From: a virus
Lineage: Duplodnaviria > Caudoviricetes
Length of the DNA: 25,591 bases
Virus record (IMG/VR): IMGVR_UViG_3300043432_000152
Span: 1-25,591 of that record
Reading direction: 5' to 3' (one strand)
Under the pieces are notes generated by a model, which searched no databases, was not told the DNA's origin, and saw only the letters and a program-made list of their open reading frames with translations. A program made the position numbers and the translations under genes. Shown piece after piece: positions 24,662 to 25,591 of this stretch (positions are counted from its first letter, which is position 1; every line of letters starts with the position of its first letter).

Positions 24662-25591
24662 ATGGCGAGCATGTTTGACATTATGAACCCGCGCTACGCT
24701 TTCGGCGGGCAGGCCTCGGCCACGGACGAAGACCCGGGGCCGCAGCCCGACGACGAGGAGCAGCAGCAGCGCTGGGCGCGCGAGCGCGCCGAAGCGAAGG
24801 CGCGCAAGGCATCCTGGGCCGCGGCGAACCCGAACTACGCTCAGGAGAACGGCTGGGCGGCGCCCAAGAGCGCCTTCCCGGAGCCGGGCTTCGAGCTGGA
24901 GAAGCCCGACGCGCCGCCGCAGGCCGAGGCCGATCCCTGGAACAGCTTGAAGGAACGCGCGGCGGGGGTGCCGTGGCGCGGGCCCAAGCCGCCCAGCGTG
25001 CTTAGTTCGGAACTGCTACAGCACCTGCGCGAGCGGGCTCAAGGTGGAGATCCGGACGCGCTGGACGCGGCCAAGGCATACGTGGACCGACTGGAAGGGT
25101 TCAAAGGCCCGACGGCTCCGGAGAGTACCTACCGCGGCGCGCTGGGCGAGCACGAGGCCGGCGGGCACGCGCAGCAGGAAGCCAGTCTGCCTATGTTTGA
25201 TGCCTTGAAGCCGCAGGCGCTGCTGCAGATGGGGCGTTCGAGCGTGCCTTCGCGCAACCCGGCCGCAGCGGAAGCCGCGCCGCTGCCGCCCGTGCCGCAC
25301 CCCGAACCGGATCAGGAGCCGGATGCCGATGCCGACGATCTGCGCATCGGCCCGAGCCCCGGCGCGGCGGCCGGGAGCAAGTTCGACGGGCTCAACCCGA
25401 GCCCGGTGGGCCCGGCGGCGGCGCCGCCGTTTGCTCCAGGGGAGTTCGCGCGCAACGCCATGCCGACCCCGGACGCTTCCCCCATGCTGAAGGCGGCGGG
25501 GGTTCCGGTTCCGCGCAAGATGGACCTGGGCGAGGCCGTGGCGTGGGCGAGCTACAAGGCCAACCACCCCGAGGCCACCAAGGAAGAGTTC
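24662..25591 (+). CDS. 3'-truncated Pro/Ala-rich protein, possible ejection protein (MASMFDIMNPRY...)
   Basis: GAGGTG RBS; frame open for 310 codons to the window end; missing from the ORF track because it has no stop. Confidence 0.7.
   Translation, partial: MASMFDIMNPRYAFGGQASATDEDPGPQPDDEEQQQRWARERAEAKARKASWAAANPNYAQENGWAAPKSAFPEPGFELEKPDAPPQAEADPWNSLKERAAGVPWRGPKPPSVLSSELLQHLRERAQGGDPDALDAAKAYVDRLEGFKGPTAPESTYRGALGEHEAGGHAQQEASLPMFDALKPQALLQMGRSSVPSRNPAAAEAAPLPPVPHPEPDQEPDADADDLRIGPSPGAAAGSKFDGLNPSPVGPAAAPPFAPGEFARNAMPTPDASPMLKAAGVPVPRKMDLGEAVAWASYKANHPEATKEEF

Larger units (their letters stand above)
1..25591 (+). mobile_element. Tailed dsDNA phage/prophage packaging and morphogenesis region, probably podovirus-like
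   Basis: Co-oriented TerS, TerL, portal, scaffold, MCP, adaptor, nozzle-like and fibre genes with tight or overlapping junctions (ATGA, TGATG, GTGA, TTGA). No tape measure or sheath seen. No att site or integrase in the window, so free phage versus prophage cannot be decided. Confidence 0.93.

Noticed and set aside
1-25591. Apparent excess of GGCTC and CTTAAG/CCTAAG words in coding DNA
   Set aside because: Impression only; it needs k-mer counts against a codon-aware null, which cannot be done by eye.

Overview
A GC-rich tailed phage or prophage segment, read almost entirely on the + strand. In order it carries: the end of a putative replication protein, small accessory ORFs, terminase small subunit, an inserted radical SAM gene, terminase large subunit, an opposite-strand HTH gene, portal, scaffold, major capsid protein, minor head/decoration-like proteins, a membrane/lipoprotein cluster (possible lysis), podovirus-like adaptor/nozzle/fibre genes and probable ejection proteins. 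No integrase, tape measure, sheath, endolysin, tRNA or CRISPR is visible. The most unusual signal is in the gene junctions. Four accessory genes (803-1093, 1989-2243, 2935-3750, 5379-5606) end in TAG followed within 0-2 nt by a GTTCT-starting copy of a degenerate 8/9-mer repeat family. The three + strand genes are also preceded by an oppositely oriented copy, like inverted-repeat-bracketed cassettes. A gene-less inverted 7-mer array (12634-12710), REP-like hairpins inserted in frame in two proteins, and an 8-mer array that encodes two lipoprotein signal peptides add to this repeat-rich architecture. Also notable are an apparently split and duplicated nozzle N-terminus, a Sec signal peptide on a head-module protein, a coiled-coil u-spanin-like protein and a structured 150-nt intergenic region. 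Protein calls rest on motifs and synteny read by eye; no searches were run.
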